From the NCBI GenBank assembly GCA_002633005.1, contig NMRA01000085.1:1-64000 (forward strand): a stretch of 64,000 nt of DNA, read 5' to 3'. Shown piece by piece: positions 23,366 through 37,785 of the stretch; positions within the stretch are counted from its first letter, which is position 1; the number at the start of each line of letters is the position of its first letter. Made by a program: the position numbers and the translations under genes. The notes below the pieces were generated by a model. It did no database searches, was not told the DNA's origin, and saw only the letters and a program-made list of their open reading frames with translations. The stretch comes from Phoronis australis (Eukaryota; Animalia; Phoronida).

Positions 23366-26300
23366 GGGGTGTACATTAATACCATATTAACATAATTTAT
23401 CTCCTTGTTAACCAGGATGTTTTTTTGCCTTACCCGTGTGCACAATGCTTCAGTTCAAATTTCATGTGGATACTGCATGTCTATACACGGGGCATCTGCC
23501 ACAAAACAATGCTGGGGGTGAGAGCAGTCCTACAACACTGCTCCATACATGTAGGTATCCCCATGGCAACAGTCATCTGGTGTGTACTGTATGATGGGTG
23601 TGGTCAAGGTAGGAGAGCCACGAGAATGATCCTCAAAACTTGAGCTAAATTGACTTACGTGTACGTAACCCACCACACAAGTTCATTCAGTGCTTGGTTA
23701 CCCCTACTAAACACACCCAAACCCCAATATGATCGAGCTACACCAACCACACAAAACCAGTTGCAGAACATTCAGTAAAACTCTTAGTATGATAAATGAA
23801 CATTGCCAGACAATTCTAGTAACAGGAAAGTTGTCCTCAACTCCCTGCTATATGTGTAAAATCATGAATTGGCCTATATATAATGCCTTTTTCACAGGCC
23901 ACTGTGAGGCCTCCTGAAACCACAAATCACAACTCTGACATCAGGACATTGGTGGACAACTGTGTTCAAAGCATGTGACAGAGAGAACAAAACAATTATA
24001 AAACATTCCTGGTCTGTTGTTGCATAAGTTTTCTCAGTTTCACAGCCAGAAACATGTAATCCACTATAACTGATTTAAATCTGTGTACCACTCAAACTTC
24101 ATGGAGTATATAAGCTGGTCACCCCCATCACTGAGTGATTTGAATAGGCCTTTGTCAATATCCAGCTCCAGGTAATAAACATGGTATTTAGGTCTGACCA
24201 GTTGCGAAATGCTTTCATTTGGTGAATAAGAATGTACACTGGCCAAATTTAGAATCCAGTTGTCAATTTTAATGCTTACTTTGGGAGACGGAATTTGGAG
24301 ACATTGAAGTCTCAAAATACCTGACTGTTCTGTTGGAGACATGCCTCGTATGGGAAGCACCTAGTTCATGCGGAAAGGCTGGTGGGAAATGGCTACACAC
24401 AGTGAACATTGGTGTTCAATCACAATTTCTGTCAGATTTAGGCGGGACGTGCGACTTCCGGATTCTTTCCCCAGGCGTAACCACGGTTGCAGGCCAGTAC
24501 AGAAATGGCTAGCCTCCCCGCAGAGTCCGAGAAAAAACAGCCCACAAAAAACACTTTGAACCCATAAATAAAGGTGTGGCAGGTGCAGTCTGTATAAGAT
24601 CCATTTTTAACCTGTCCAATGCACAGTGGCACAGTCTGCATGAAATTAAGTTTTGTGTTAGGGCTGCTGTGCAGTCACTTACTACTGTGCATCACACTAT
24701 GCTACTACAGGATGAAGTTTATACTGAAACTTGCATATCTGTAATATATCTATAAAATGTCAACAACTAAAAAAATACAGCAGAGCACAAGTATACGGAA
24801 GGGCATCTGCAGTCTCTCTGGAATAATAATAATACCGTAAAATATCATACAAAGTATACAACAGGTACGCAAATTAGGTAAGCAACTTGGTCTACTATGA
24901 TTGATTGCCAGTAAGAAGACCTGGTCACCACCATATTGAATTTGTTCAAGGAACATTCTACATAGCTAATCAAATGGACAAATAACATTTGTGTCTGCAA
25001 GGTCAGGTGATGGTGGACTCACATCTCAGAAAATGCATTAAAGCCCAGGGGTCTTAGTCATGAAAGTGTAAGTCTAGGCACGTTCCATTGTTGGCATGAT
25101 GTAATCAGCACTAGTCAACAAGTTATTATGTAATTATTGAAGAATCAAACCATAGGCTAGCCTATTAAAATGACCAGCACTTCAACTGAGTCTGAAGGTT
25201 TATGATCAAGTGTGCTTTCATGACGAGATTTTAGGAGGTTTTTTAGGCAACGGAATGAAGTGAAAAATTCTAATAAATTTTGGAATCGTATATTAATAAA
25301 CTTGTGTTAAAATAATTTAGACACAACTGTTAACCTGAGATAGTGTATCCGTCTAAACCTGCAGAATTATTCCTGTAGTATTACTCTTACAGTGACACGC
25401 TTTCTAAAACTTGGTGCATTCATATTGTTTGCTAATAGCCCGGGTGCGGGTTCCGGAGGCAAACAACTCTAGCTATTGCGCTAATAACAATTGTTAGACT
25501 GACTGGCTTAGATATCATCACATCAAAATGAACTATAAATATACCGAAATAGTAAAAGTACAGCTTACACCTTTCTTACTATTGACATAGAAGCACTGGA
25601 ACGAGAATTTTATTCGACGAAATTGTACTCGCCACTGGCACCGGGCCGGCCTGGGATAGCCTACACCGTAGCGATCAGGTGTGACGACCTCGTCGTCGGT
25701 CCCGTCTGCTCATCTGACGGCAGCTCAATCGCTGCCTCCAGTTTCTCGCTGCACTTAAACACCGTCAAAGTAGCCGTCTATTCGAAAATCATGTTAGGAA
25801 ATGCCCGACTACGTTGCATGACCAAAAAAAACTTTCGTCGAGTCACTACTGTAATTAATGCGCTGTTGGAATAGTTTCCAAAATTATGCTAACTCAACGA
25901 AACGTGCTACATTATGCGATACTAATCGACAAGAATCTTTTCAGAGATCTTTTAAACACATGTTTTGCTATTTTTTTAAACTTTTCTTCGAACAGAATGA
26001 ACTGAACGAGTCGAAAAGCGTAGATAAATATTCATACGCGCTTAGGGCCAGAGTCGAAGTACTTTGAAAACGCCTCAACAAACAACAAATTCAAAAGTGT
26101 GAGGTATGGTTTTACAGTATTTTTCGTCACCAATTCGAATAAAATATCAAACGTCGTGACCTCCGACAAAAAGTTGAGAGAAGTTGTGTTTTTGGAACTG
26201 AAAACAACTAGGCTGAAGTGATAAAGTTTTATGACCAGTTAAATGGCAGTGTAAACAGATCAAACAATATGGCTAGTTACGTATGGAGATCGTATGTTGA

Positions 26301-29300
26301 TAAATCCCACTGAAATCTTTTGTGCGCTACCAGACACTTTGCTTTGTAAAATGCTTTACTTGATCACCAGGCTTTGCTGCGACATGATCACTCAGTAAAT
26401 AATTAAAAGCACTTGATTACACTACAGTTAATCCCTATTGGACTCAGTCAGGTCTACTTACTGGGATCTGGTTGTGTAAGAGACTCCATTTTGCCAATTA
26501 TATTTTCCGTCCATTCTTTCGTTATATCCGATCTTTTCATCAAATTCTTAAAGTGGGCATCTTGCTCAGCTTTTTCTTGTGTCGTGCCAAGTTTCTCCTC
26601 TGCGGACTGAGAGAGTAAATCATTAGACCAAGAACAGCCATAAATAAAACATGTTAGTTAGCATCCAGGGTTATGTAATTCCCTATTGGTAACTGAACTC
26701 AAACCCTTGTTTAAGCTGTTGGCATGAAATAATAGTTGAATTACTTTTTGATGAGACGCTCCAGTATACAATTTGCCAGTAGACTTCGAGAGAACTCATT
26801 TTGAATTTGTTCAAACATGATATTTAGATTTAAAAAAGAATAGGACTTTTTTGTAAATAGCCATTTTTGGAACTACACCAGACTTGTCATCTTTTGTAAC
26901 AATACCACAGCTTAGTGAACTGAAAACTACCTTTATGCAATGAAACCACAAAAAAACATGAAGTTTACCAGAAATTAGGCCTAACTTAAATGTCTTTAAT
27001 GGTGCACTTACGGCTAAGGTTTTGAATTTGACTTGAGTGGACTCGGCCCTAGACCTACCGGAGCTAACTGTTTGCCTAGGAGTCCTAGGACAAGATGAGT
27101 GTGTATCTGAGTTCTTAAGAATAAAAATATTTCTTTATAAGATTAGAAAGGCGTAAACAGTGCTATCAACTCGACCTACTTTATTCCAGAATTCCCACCA
27201 GTTGTGACCCACTTTTTATTTCATGGTTGGCGAAATTTAGCAGACGATAGAATAAAAATATTCATGAATATTCATTGATTTTGTTCGAAATATCCTGAAA
27301 TTTGCGGCATCATACATATAATTCGACTTTAAGGTTCGTACCCAGCTTGATATATTGTACATATCGCATCAGTGGCCTTGTCATTTGTCAGGTGAACCCC
27401 GTGGTGGCGGATTTTCACGGTCATCTTTATAAATTTCCATATCATGAGCGTACATTCTCTGCTAAAAAGCATCGTCTGTTGTCCTTGACTTTGTGGAAGC
27501 GTTTTCGAATAGTGCAAATAACACTCGTCAACTGCACCAGGAACATCGTCAAAGATTCCACAGTGTCTTTGACATAGTTTAGCGACAGTATACTCGGGAA
27601 CCCAATGGTCGTCCGCCTAAGCATAAAACCGGCTTGTTGTCGTACTCACCCAATCATTCCACTTCAAAGTTATGATCTGAATAGGATTTGATTTAACTCT
27701 CACAAATATATAGTATTCGTTGATTCAAACGTTTTCTTTTACTTATGCCGAGTTGTTCAACTGTGCATTGCTTTTCGGCAGCCATTTTATAATGACACCT
27801 ATGGTCGTCATATGCTGCCGCCTTTTGAAAGAACAGCAAACCACACAGAAAAAGGCCAAGAAAATAGTGGAAAGTGGTATACAGCAATTCTACTTCAACC
27901 ACAAACTGCTTTACTAGTATGATATCGATTTTTAAATCGATTAAAATTGATTTAGAATTTCAGTTCTGGAAAATACATCACGGCTGAGCCCTGGATTGTT
28001 TTATTCCAGATATACCTTACTTATTTCTGTTTGTGACCTCTTTATTTGACTTTTTGTTCTTGTTGTACTTAACACCACTTACTAGTATCTTTGCTGTCTT
28101 ACTTTTTCTTTTCAGTTTCTCTTCATTCTCTGTTAACACCTTGTCAGCCAGAACACAACTATAACCCTTTGAGACTTTGTCGGCGCAAGTTGATCATTGA
28201 ACCTCAATACAATTGTTCTAATAAATTACCCATAATCGTATTGCTTGATTTTTTCTCATCTTTAACAGTCTTATGCAATCATAAATAAATAAATAAATAC
28301 CCAAGTCGCATTTGAATTTTATTGCTCAATCTCTTCTTTTATTTTTGATTATGTCATGCTGTGTTGTATGTAACCGTTGCAATGCAATATAGTGAAATAA
28401 AGTCAATGTTTTACTTTATTGGTGGCCATTCTCTATCAATTCAAGTATTTTAATTTTCTTCAAATAAATTCAAAATGCTTTAATCAAAAATTTCAACATA
28501 AATGTCGAGCTCCAGTACTGTGTTTTGCAATAAAAAAAAACAAGTGGACAATGTTTTGATGACCAAGGCGTGGGTCGAAACTGTTAAGCACCCAGCGTGT
28601 TCCATTTGTCTGCTGCGTTTTTCCTTTGGCCTAACAGGTGTCGGTTAGTGCCTGGGACAAATAGATACATTGCGTAGACAATCCCTGGGTTGCTTTTTGT
28701 TCCGTCTGAAGAAAATTTAATTTCGAAAATATCTTCTGAAAATGAACAAAAAAGTGCATTAGTAAAATCGACAAGTTTTTAAGTGGTCTCAAAAAAACAG
28801 TCAGTAAATGCACTAATTTTAGTCTCAGTTCTTCCATGCGTGTTTCTCCCGAGAGGTTAGTACTTAACGTGCAGACGAGCACTCCAAATTGGAACGCTAA
28901 GTCCCGCGTGGTTGCGCTGCACGCGAAACAAGATGGCGGACGACCTTTGGAGCCTGACGACGATAGGTATCCGGACTATACGTATTAATTTTGCCTCAGA
29001 CATCTTGTTTGTCGGGTGTCACGTGACTTTGCCGAGGGGCGGAGTTTGCGATAGATCCAGAAAAACCCAAAAGAACACGTGGAGTTACACGGGAGACCCC
29101 TCAGTCACACTAAGCCAAAACAAGCGAAGCAACCAAAAAGCAAATGCAAAAAAGTTTACAAAGTAAGATACTATATTTTCATGTTGGGCGCCAAAAAGTG
29201 TACTGAACGCTTACTACTGTTCTACAGAATGATTTAGGCCAGGGCGCTCAACTGCATTTTATCTTCGTGATCTTCAGCGTACGTCCTTTTCGTTTAAGAG

Positions 29301-32300
29301 TTCGGTGTAGAATGCTTGATGACTTTGGAAACTCACACATGGGTCCCTAATATCTAAAACGAGGCTGTCGACCTTCCCGGGCCTCACACGCTGACGTCAC
29401 TGATAGCTGTGAAACCCAACCAATAGAGGGTCTGCATGAATTGCCGGTGCATTCGACCAATTTTGGTAGTCCCTGCCTTTTTAGTGGACCTTTGTCGCGC
29501 GCTTCCTACTTTTTCGGAGTTTTTGTTTCTCTGATCTATTCTTACCCACTTTGCCAAATGAGGATGATTGCATGATGTTTCTAACCCCAAGGTTCACTAC
29601 TCCGAAGCCTAGGATCCTCTTATGGTTTGCTCAGTGTTCAACTCCGAACGGTCTATTCTGTAAGCAGCCGAGGTTTACAACTCCGACACTTCTTTACTGC
29701 TAAGTGAGGCTGAGTGTCATGTATAAAGTATCCACGGTATTTGTGTCCATGCAAGTGTCGGATCTAGGATATCATAAGGGGGGGGGGTAACATTTTGTCT
29801 CCGTCATTTGCGGAAAGCATGATGATAGATTGCACGCGCGCACCCTAAAATATAGGAGTTTCAAATTTCTGAACATGTGGACCTTCTACTAAAAAACAAA
29901 TGAACGACAAAAAACTGGAAAAACGGTTGCGCCGATGGTCTGAATCGGACACTTTTGCAATGAGGTCAGTCTTAGCCCCCCACACACAAAAAAGCTGCGG
30001 GACACATTCTTAAATCTTATCAGTTTCAGCCACATGTTAATTACAGGGCTTCATTAATAAACTCACTATTTCCTCACGCCCATGCTGTACGTTTTGTTTT
30101 ATTTTATTGCGGCAGTTAAAGGGCGGGGGGGGGGGGGANCAGGCGAATCCCCTCATGTCGACGTTTTAGGAATTTTAACCACAACCCCGCGCATCCTTGG
30201 ATACACGCCTGTTCTCATTCCTGGAATTTACACCTAAGCCAGGTCAACAGGCATACACAGGTCCGCCATTCATGGTACCTTGAGTTTACACGGGTTCCGA
30301 CACAAACGCATCTAGGGCAAACGCCATGCTTCTGGAATACGCATCATCAAGACACGATACGCAAGTCAGGTACATCGATCTCCGGGATAGGTAACTTTTC
30401 ATCCACATGATACGCGCATGTCAGGCATATGCATCTCCGCGATACGCAACTTAACGTCCACAGGATACGCACATCAGGTGTATGCGTCTCCGGGATACGC
30501 AAATATGCGGCAAAAGGAACTCTAGATTACAGACCACAGGCAATCTTTTATGCGCATCTCTTGCATACCAGTATTTTAAAACTGTGCATCTGCGTTAAAA
30601 ATAAGTTTTAACGATGGAACGGAAATCTACCAATCTGCTTACTGGAGTGAAACTGAAAATGGGAAACGTTACAGAACTCTTGCTATTGCACCGCGTGAAG
30701 AAAAGTCGATAATTGTTAGAAACAGCGAATTAATGAAATTTACGTGTTTTTCAGTAGCATGGTCAATGAAAACAAAATACACCAGCGCAAAGATGGTAAA
30801 TGTTTATTTTTCCAAAGAGAACAAATACCTGCTACGTGCAAACATTGCGCTATAAAGCCCAAGACTGACTCCAACATAGCGTCATAATAAAAATACATTT
30901 ACATAATAATCAGCCACTACATAGTCATTTATTATCGGTACTCGGTTCTCAGTCGAAAACTGTGTACACCTTACAATATTGCACATTTCACACAAACCAG
31001 GGATAAGGAAGCTAATTGTGCAGGTAAAAAAGAATTCTACTCCTTTACCACAAAACATGTCTGTTCACATTAATATATTATAAATTCAATTAAAAAACGA
31101 CAAAGCGTGGACTATAAGGGCCCTCATAGATCTACATATCAGAGTGACTCAGAAAATTTAACGTGGAGAATATTTAAAACATTACGAATGGCTTGAATTC
31201 AAGTTGAACATTCACAAAATACTCTTCTAAGAAAGGAGAAAATTTGGCAGTTCTGAAACAGAACTTCCGTGTACCTGGTAACTGACAAATTATGAAAAAT
31301 CGAAAGAAAAAATAACAGAAACACCTTTGAGGGACTGCATTTGCATTGTTTTGAAAAAGGTTACAGAACATTCGCATGTTCGGCTCACCATAGAGCCTAA
31401 TTTTTTTAAGTGCTGTGCCACCCATGGTTTATTGGGTGGTGCACCACAGGGGGACTGGGGGCCTATAGTCCCCACTTTTTTCATTGCTGCGCCGCCCGTG
31501 ATTCTTACCTGACACACTTAGAAGGATTGTTTTTATGAATAAATGGCTATTGCCTAAACAAGGCACATGACCACGGGGCAACAGAGACACAAGGGCTACA
31601 AGCCATAAGCCCAGTTGTCAAGATTCCATGACAGCCATTCATTTGGTTGCCTGGGAAATTAAGTTAAGCAATATCAATCAGAGTACTCCACAGACTAGAG
31701 GTGCACAAAACTTCCCGACCAGAAAAAGGATAACTTTTTCGTGACCCAAGGTTTTCTTGGCTGACAAAATTTACAAGAATTCCTTTTCCCACAAAATTCC
31801 CCACAACGGTGCTCCAACCTTGAGCAAAATAATAAATTTAATTTTACACTGTCCCAAATTGGAGAATTTTTACGATATCATTAAAAAATAACACAGAAAA
31901 AGAGGAGTTTGTAGCAAAAAAGTGATAGGAAAACACATTTGCGAGTAAACGAATACACACAAGATGTAGGGATCTCGGTAGTCTCTCTTTCAGTTGGGAC
32001 TACTTCATGCAACCTGGCACTAATACATCATATGAACAACATGTACAGTAAAACTAGTACTAGTCAGATCCAATAGGACTGCGAGATTTGGTCGGGGTAT
32101 GGCAAAATCTGACAGAGGTGACAGACCCAACTAGTACCAACTAGAACAACTGCATCCTAAGCGAAAATCCGGCTTATACATGTCCCACTTACGGGTGTTT
32201 TACTGTAGTCACTGTCATTGCATAAACAAAAAAGTGGCATCTTCAGCTTATTTTTGACACTGAAATAGTTTCAGAACCAATCTTGAGATATTCTCTGAAC

Positions 32301-34263
32301 ATGACTCAGGACAGATGATTCCCTATCTCTAATTCCAGCTGTGATTTGGTCCAGCAGACACCAAACCCTTGGTACAAATCCCTGACACTACACACACGCA
32401 CAGGGAATGCTCCATATCCTGTAACTCTAAACCTGGGGACCACATTCTGGTCTCAAGTACAAGTCCTGGTGATGAATCTGGTACCAGGACTGGAGTTTGG
32501 TCCAAAAGTACAGGTATGTGTTTCTTTCACTAGGTAAGAATTTCTGGAGTACATAAGTAATTAATGGACATGTGCCCCAAATAGGGGCATGGATGAATCT
32601 GGCCGGGATTTGTAGGGCAAGTTTGATGTCTGCAGGGACGGAATTGAGGTTGAGAGGATAATAGCTGGAGTTTAGAGGCGTCGTCATGCAGTTGTTTTTT
32701 CTCCCGGAGACTAACTGAGTCGAAACCATAATTTCAAATTTGGGGAAAAAGCTTCAGGACCATGCCAATTAATATCAAATGAACACTCTCAATACACACT
32801 ACATGTATACTACCAAACACTTCATTAAACCCAATCATCATGGTTTCTGATAAATTATGTAAGTAACAAGGAGTACCAAAATCCAACTGATGACAAACAT
32901 GAATGAAATTTTTTGTCTTTGAGTGTCATTGTTATCCCAACGTCTGCAGTGCACCACTATAAGGACAAAACAAGTGCTAGATTTTTTTTTTACAAATTCA
33001 ATAAAAATGAACAGAAACAACATTTGTGTAATATACTTTTCAGTACAAGACAATGCATAGCATATTCAATATCTCATGCTCATATCTCAAACAGTGTTGA
33101 AAATTTCACAGTACCAATGTTCTTACGTAACTGATTCAGTATTTGAAAAATGAAAATAATTTAGATTTTGCACACATACCATAGTAAAGTGGGATTATGC
33201 CCGTGTTCACTTGAATTTCCAACCCCAATTTTCATAGCCAAAATACCACCAAGAAGAATTTTGCTTCCCAAGATGAACATTACAAGCCTAACCAAGACTA
33301 ATATGGTAGAATGTATATAATCAGCCAATGCTTTCTAGGAGGTGAAGTCACTGACCTACATAAATCAGACTACCAATTCTTGCATTACAGCATTTTCCCT
33401 TTCAGTAACTTTACCAGATGAAGGGGGTTCTGAGAGTGTGATAACATCTAGCTTCTTTGTTAACTACCAAACACAGTCTTTTGTCTGGTACGACAACAGG
33501 CAGGCCAATTATCTACCAGGCTTATTACAGACCACCTGTGAACACCATCAAACCCAGAGTGAATTCAATTTGGTACATTCAGAAAGAATAGATTATCGTA
33601 ATTTCGATTGCAGTTGGGCGATTTTGGCGATTCAAAAACTTAACATGATCACCATTTGACGAGGATTTCAGAAATGCTATTGGTTTATGTTCAAATATGT
33701 TATAACTTAAGTTTCATTTTTAACAGCACAGCCCAGTCAGGGTAGATACAATCTTATTGAAGATTAGAGCAATTATCGAATAAAAGTGAGCTGGCCCTTG
33801 AACCATGAATGCCAGAATGGAGTTAATCAGTCGTGTAACATAATGGCTACAGAGGTAAACTTCCCAACTTTCGTTGGGCTATATAGCTGAACAAGTTGGG
33901 AGCAACGGGAACACGCCTTAATGGAGACAGTGTGTTAACAGTTACATGGCCTACATAAGATATCGCCAAACTCTATTTCACACTTCACAGTGACCAGGTA
34001 CATTGTCTATAGTTAATCACTCAGTATAGATTATCAGCAGCACATTATACTTGACTGCTTAATATTGATTCCAAATCTCTGGAGTGGTCCATTTTCCCAG
34101 CCTTGAACAGAACGATCTGGGAAGCACTAAGCTTTTTTTATCAAAGCTTCGAAAAAATAAAACCCTTACACATCATAGCAATAATAAAATTTCAGATACG
34201 TCATAGCACTAAGTTTAGCCTAAACCAATCCAAATTTGCACTTATGTCTAACTATAACCACCT

Positions 34264-34374
34264 CTACTCGTTTATATACTCAATATATGTCACTGGAACT
34301 TTCCCCGAAATCCCATTCCTGTCGCCCATCACCCAGTCAGGATCCAGCTCAGCTAACGTCCAAACACTGATCAC
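34264..34374 (-). CDS. SH3GLB1: Endophilin-B exon 10 (SH3 C-half), VISVWTLAELDPDWVMGDRNGISGKVPVTYIEYINE*
   Basis: Acceptor ttacag|, 111 nt including TAG. SH3 W..G...G.VP.TY signature. Confidence 0.93.
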   Translation of the reverse strand: MISVWTLAELDPDWVMGDRNGISGKVPVTYIEYINE

Positions 34375-34645
34375 CTGTAATTTAAAGAAGCATTTGTACA
34401 GTATGTTTATGCATAAATAATACTAATAACAACAAAAATAATGAATTAATTACTTAAGTTTCATTGAATACATGAGATACATTGATTCTATCCAGCTTCA
34501 AAGCTGACCCTTGCTGAGTTCTCAATGAATTCTGTTACCAGGCAACAGTGAATGAACATAGTGTCCTAAGGACAGTATGATAACATAGAAACAAGTAAAC
34601 ATGCTCAAATATCCAAACATCGACATGATCAAATAACGGTACTTC

Positions 34646-34918
34646 CATAACGTAGAATTGTCGCGAGGATTTGACAGGGACCTCAGGGCTCTCACGCGCC
34701 ACTGGCATATCTAAACTATTTTGAAAAGGCTTTGCCCAGTCACATGTTGTTAAAAAGAGATAATGATACTTGCAGCTGACGCGGCAAGTAGAACTAGTCA
34801 CGTTTATCACACTGGTGTAGACTCACAGTAGAACTGTGGTTTTCTGCTGAGCCCAGACCATCCGAAGTTGCACCATATGCCAACTCCGGACGGTCTCTCA
34901 CAACAATTTAGCGTTATG
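34646..34918. mobile_element. 273-bp internal-deletion derivative of the CATAACG-ended family, in opposite orientation
   Basis: Starts CATAACG and ends CGTTATG. 34646-34805 matches the reverse complement of ~22420-22579, and ~34830-34918 matches the reverse complement of ~18240-18325. TC on both flanks is a possible 2-bp TSD. Confidence 0.75.
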
Positions 34919-37785
34919 TCAGTCATCATAGACCATGAAAGTTGCAAATTCAGTAACTCAAACTCTGGACTTTTCAACAATGAATTGGACTACACACAGT
35001 AGGAATTAACACTTTACATAGAACAAGGTCAAAGGTCAATGCAACCAGGTTACAAGAGAGACTCCTGTGAGAGAATAACATTACTTGTACCATTCCAGGA
35101 CTTGGATATCCAAAATCCACAGGGGGCAATAAAACAACTATCTTCTCAGGCAGGACTATAAATTCTTGTTAACCTATGTTTACTTACACAGAGCAACTGC
35201 GACAGTTGTATGACTAAGAGCAGGGTTCACTTCCACTGACCTTACAAGTCAATTTCAAAAGCCACTATGGGGACAAGTTACCCATCCAAGCCCAAAACAC
35301 AAATACAAAATTCAATGTACACGTAATGTTATTCTCCATGTAACCTGCTTTAGAATGTCACATGCTCTTGTTCAGGTAAGCAATGCAACAGGTCCCAATA
35401 TGCGTAACAAAAACACGAGAACATAGACAGGCGTACTGCTGGATCTTCGCTTAAACACATCCATTATTGTCACAGGACAGACACTAAAAGCAACTGGTAT
35501 AAAAAGGAAAAAAATAACAAAGAGAAAAGTGTGAATGATACAAACATGCAGATGCCTTTCCCTTGGGTTATGTACGACCTCATTGACAAGTTTGTGCAGT
35601 TGACAAAATATGTAGGAAACTATAATTAAAATTTAAACTGTAGGGTAAAAGTTTAAATATTTTCTGAGAATAGAAAGACTATAGATCCTGGTACTAACTG
35701 GGTCACAAGGGCATGACATAAATGTCCAAAGGTGGAACATTCTAACTGCAATTTGCAATAATGCATAAAGCCTAGTATCTGAGGGTATTACGTGACTTTG
35801 ACCATCTATTTCTGAGATACAATTATCCAAAGTTAGTTATTTTAGGTCCTAGTGACTCCTTCACAACCATTAGACATGCTTTAGCAAAATCAGTAAAGCC
35901 ATTTTGATATCAGAGGTAGGCAAGGAATCCCAGGTTGAAATGGAAATCTGTAAAAGCAAGTTTAAGAGAAGCAGTACATGAAAGTATGTGAAAAGTGGGA
36001 ACAGACAAATTAGATTTTTTTAGCAAGCAGGTAGCTTGTATGCTTGAAGAGAACGATGAGCAAGCAATAGATTCCCCAAAAACAACAAGCTTCGAGCTAT
36101 TCATGAGACACGTGTCGTGCAAGAACTTTAGTACAAAATTGATGACAGAGGAACATAATTAGAGATTTTCATTTTAAAAAAAGACAGTCATCTGACCAGA
36201 AAATCTCGAATATCTTGAGAACTGTGAGTCATGGCAAAAAACGGATGGTACAAAACAGATAGAGACTGACGAGACCTATCCACATGGCAAATTTCGGAAA
36301 GATCCACCAAGGGACACCGGAAATATGGAAAGTAAAGTCAATTATTTAAAAAACAGTCACCAGAAAATTTCGAATGGCTTAAGTATGGCAAGCTGTAGAG
36401 AGAAACAGATGACACATTTTGATAGCTTTTAAACATAACAATGCCCACAAAACAAATTTCAGAAAAACTCTCCAGAGACAGCGAATCCACTACTCGGCAA
36501 ACCAAAATTTTGCAAGATGGATGCCACAGCACCATGTTACATCCAATTTCAACCAAAATCCACAGACTTCGAGCCAACAGCAAACATTAATGTGACTGTG
36601 TAAATTTTAGGCTGATCAGAAAAGAAATATCACTTGTAGCGCATAAACAAACAAAGAACACTCGATGACAAAGCAACATACTTGAAGAAATTTCATTTCC
36701 CCAAATAACGTAGTTTGATCGAGTTTAGCCTGAAAGCTAACAGTTGCCATAGCAACTGCCTTCACCTCTGTGTCAATTCTTACCACAGTCTGTAAAAGTG
36801 CTTTGAAAATTCAGGGCACAACGCTTAGCATGACATTAACTCGCCAAATGAGGTCTGGCAAATTTTTCAGGTCCCCAAATGAGAACTGAGGTCACTGAAC
36901 ACCGTTGGTAAAAACCGAAATTGAAATGAACAAGGTACCTGAATTGAAAAGCAAACAGAGTACAATTTGCAAAGCAGAAGGCAACAACAATTTTACGCAC
37001 AGGAAGGTTTTTAAAGAAAAACGGTAAACCTTGGCCAGGTTGCATAAACATTGAACCCTGGATAGCAGCAACGGCATCCCGTTACCACGAGCCATGTGGC
37101 CATATTGTTGAATGATGAAGTTGACGTGACGCAACAAGTTATCCAGTGGATAAACTGTAAAGAGTTATGCAACCCAGCCAAAAACTTATCTTATCATCTG
37201 GATAGCCTTTATTGTACTGTAGGCCTATGTATAAAAAACCTCTCATCATGTACAATTAAGATTCCTTCCAGCACCACAACATATCATGCATTATCTCATA
37301 TACCCGTCTCCCTACAGAGTCTACACAGCACGACAAAGTTTTACCAACCCAGATGCCTAATCTGACGGTGCGGGAATATTTCCCTCCTCTGCCGGCTGTC
37401 CTTCTCTGAAAGCAGTGTGATGGTGTCAGAACAAGATTTCAAAAATGGTATTTACAAAATATAAGGCCAAGAAAAAGCAAAAAGAGCAGAAATTTAGTTT
37501 AAAAAGTGACTAATATAAAAATTCTTAAATCATTCAGGCAAACATTCAAACCAAAAGGCACGTTAAAAACAGAATGGGTTTGAAAAGAGAAATATCTTTT
37601 ATTTTTTTACATTAGTAATCATATGGTAAAACAAGTAAGAGAAAATTGTGAGATAATTTTCAGTTCCTTTCTGAGTTTTACAACAAATTAACATTTCTGC
37701 TACATTTTTCTGTTTGATGGCCTTATATGTACCACGAGGTCAAGTAAGACAGAAATCCTACTCTTTTCAACCTCCAGTGTCTCAC

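Larger units (their letters stand above)
4576..26606 (-). pseudogene. Decayed tandem paralog of endophilin-B (unprocessed pseudogene)
   Basis: Remnants: exon 2' 26462-26606 (open); exon 4' 23213-~23338 (5' end deleted, 4-nt insertion); exon 5' 17603-17686 (in-frame 9-nt deletion); exon 6' 6529-6618; exon 7' 5602-5702; exon 10' 4576-4686. Exons 3, 8 and 9 are absent and exon 1 was not found. Introns and the 3' flank (~3480-4570) align with the intact gene (~32830-34260). Confidence 0.88.

Noticed and set aside
24064-24360. 98-aa minus-strand ORF in paralog intron 2
   Set aside because: Non-ATG start, no recognisable domain and no splice context.
27300-27900. Overlapping short ORFs and an AAAATGGC-type start suggesting a hidden gene
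   Set aside because: All frames are interrupted by stops and show no recognisable motif. It is probably the interior of an unclassified repeat.
28554-28590. TTGATGACC...GGTCGAAAC hammerhead-like string
   Set aside because: The core C is missing (UUGAUGA) and stems I and III do not form.
28880-29170. CpG-rich patch with AAGATGGCGG (YY1-like) as the paralog's promoter or exon 1
   Set aside because: No similarity to endophilin exon 1 or to 57.8-58.2 kb. The motif is common inside DNA transposons.
29480-29720. Possible tRNA-derived SINE or tRNA gene
   Set aside because: I could not build a cloverleaf or identify clear A and B boxes by eye.
36743-36756. Perfect RFX X-box GTTGCCATAGCAAC (also at ~39096)
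   Set aside because: It is deep in an intron next to repeat-like sequence and over 20 kb from the TTLL11-like start. Such palindromes are frequent in invertebrate repeats, so it cannot be called functional.
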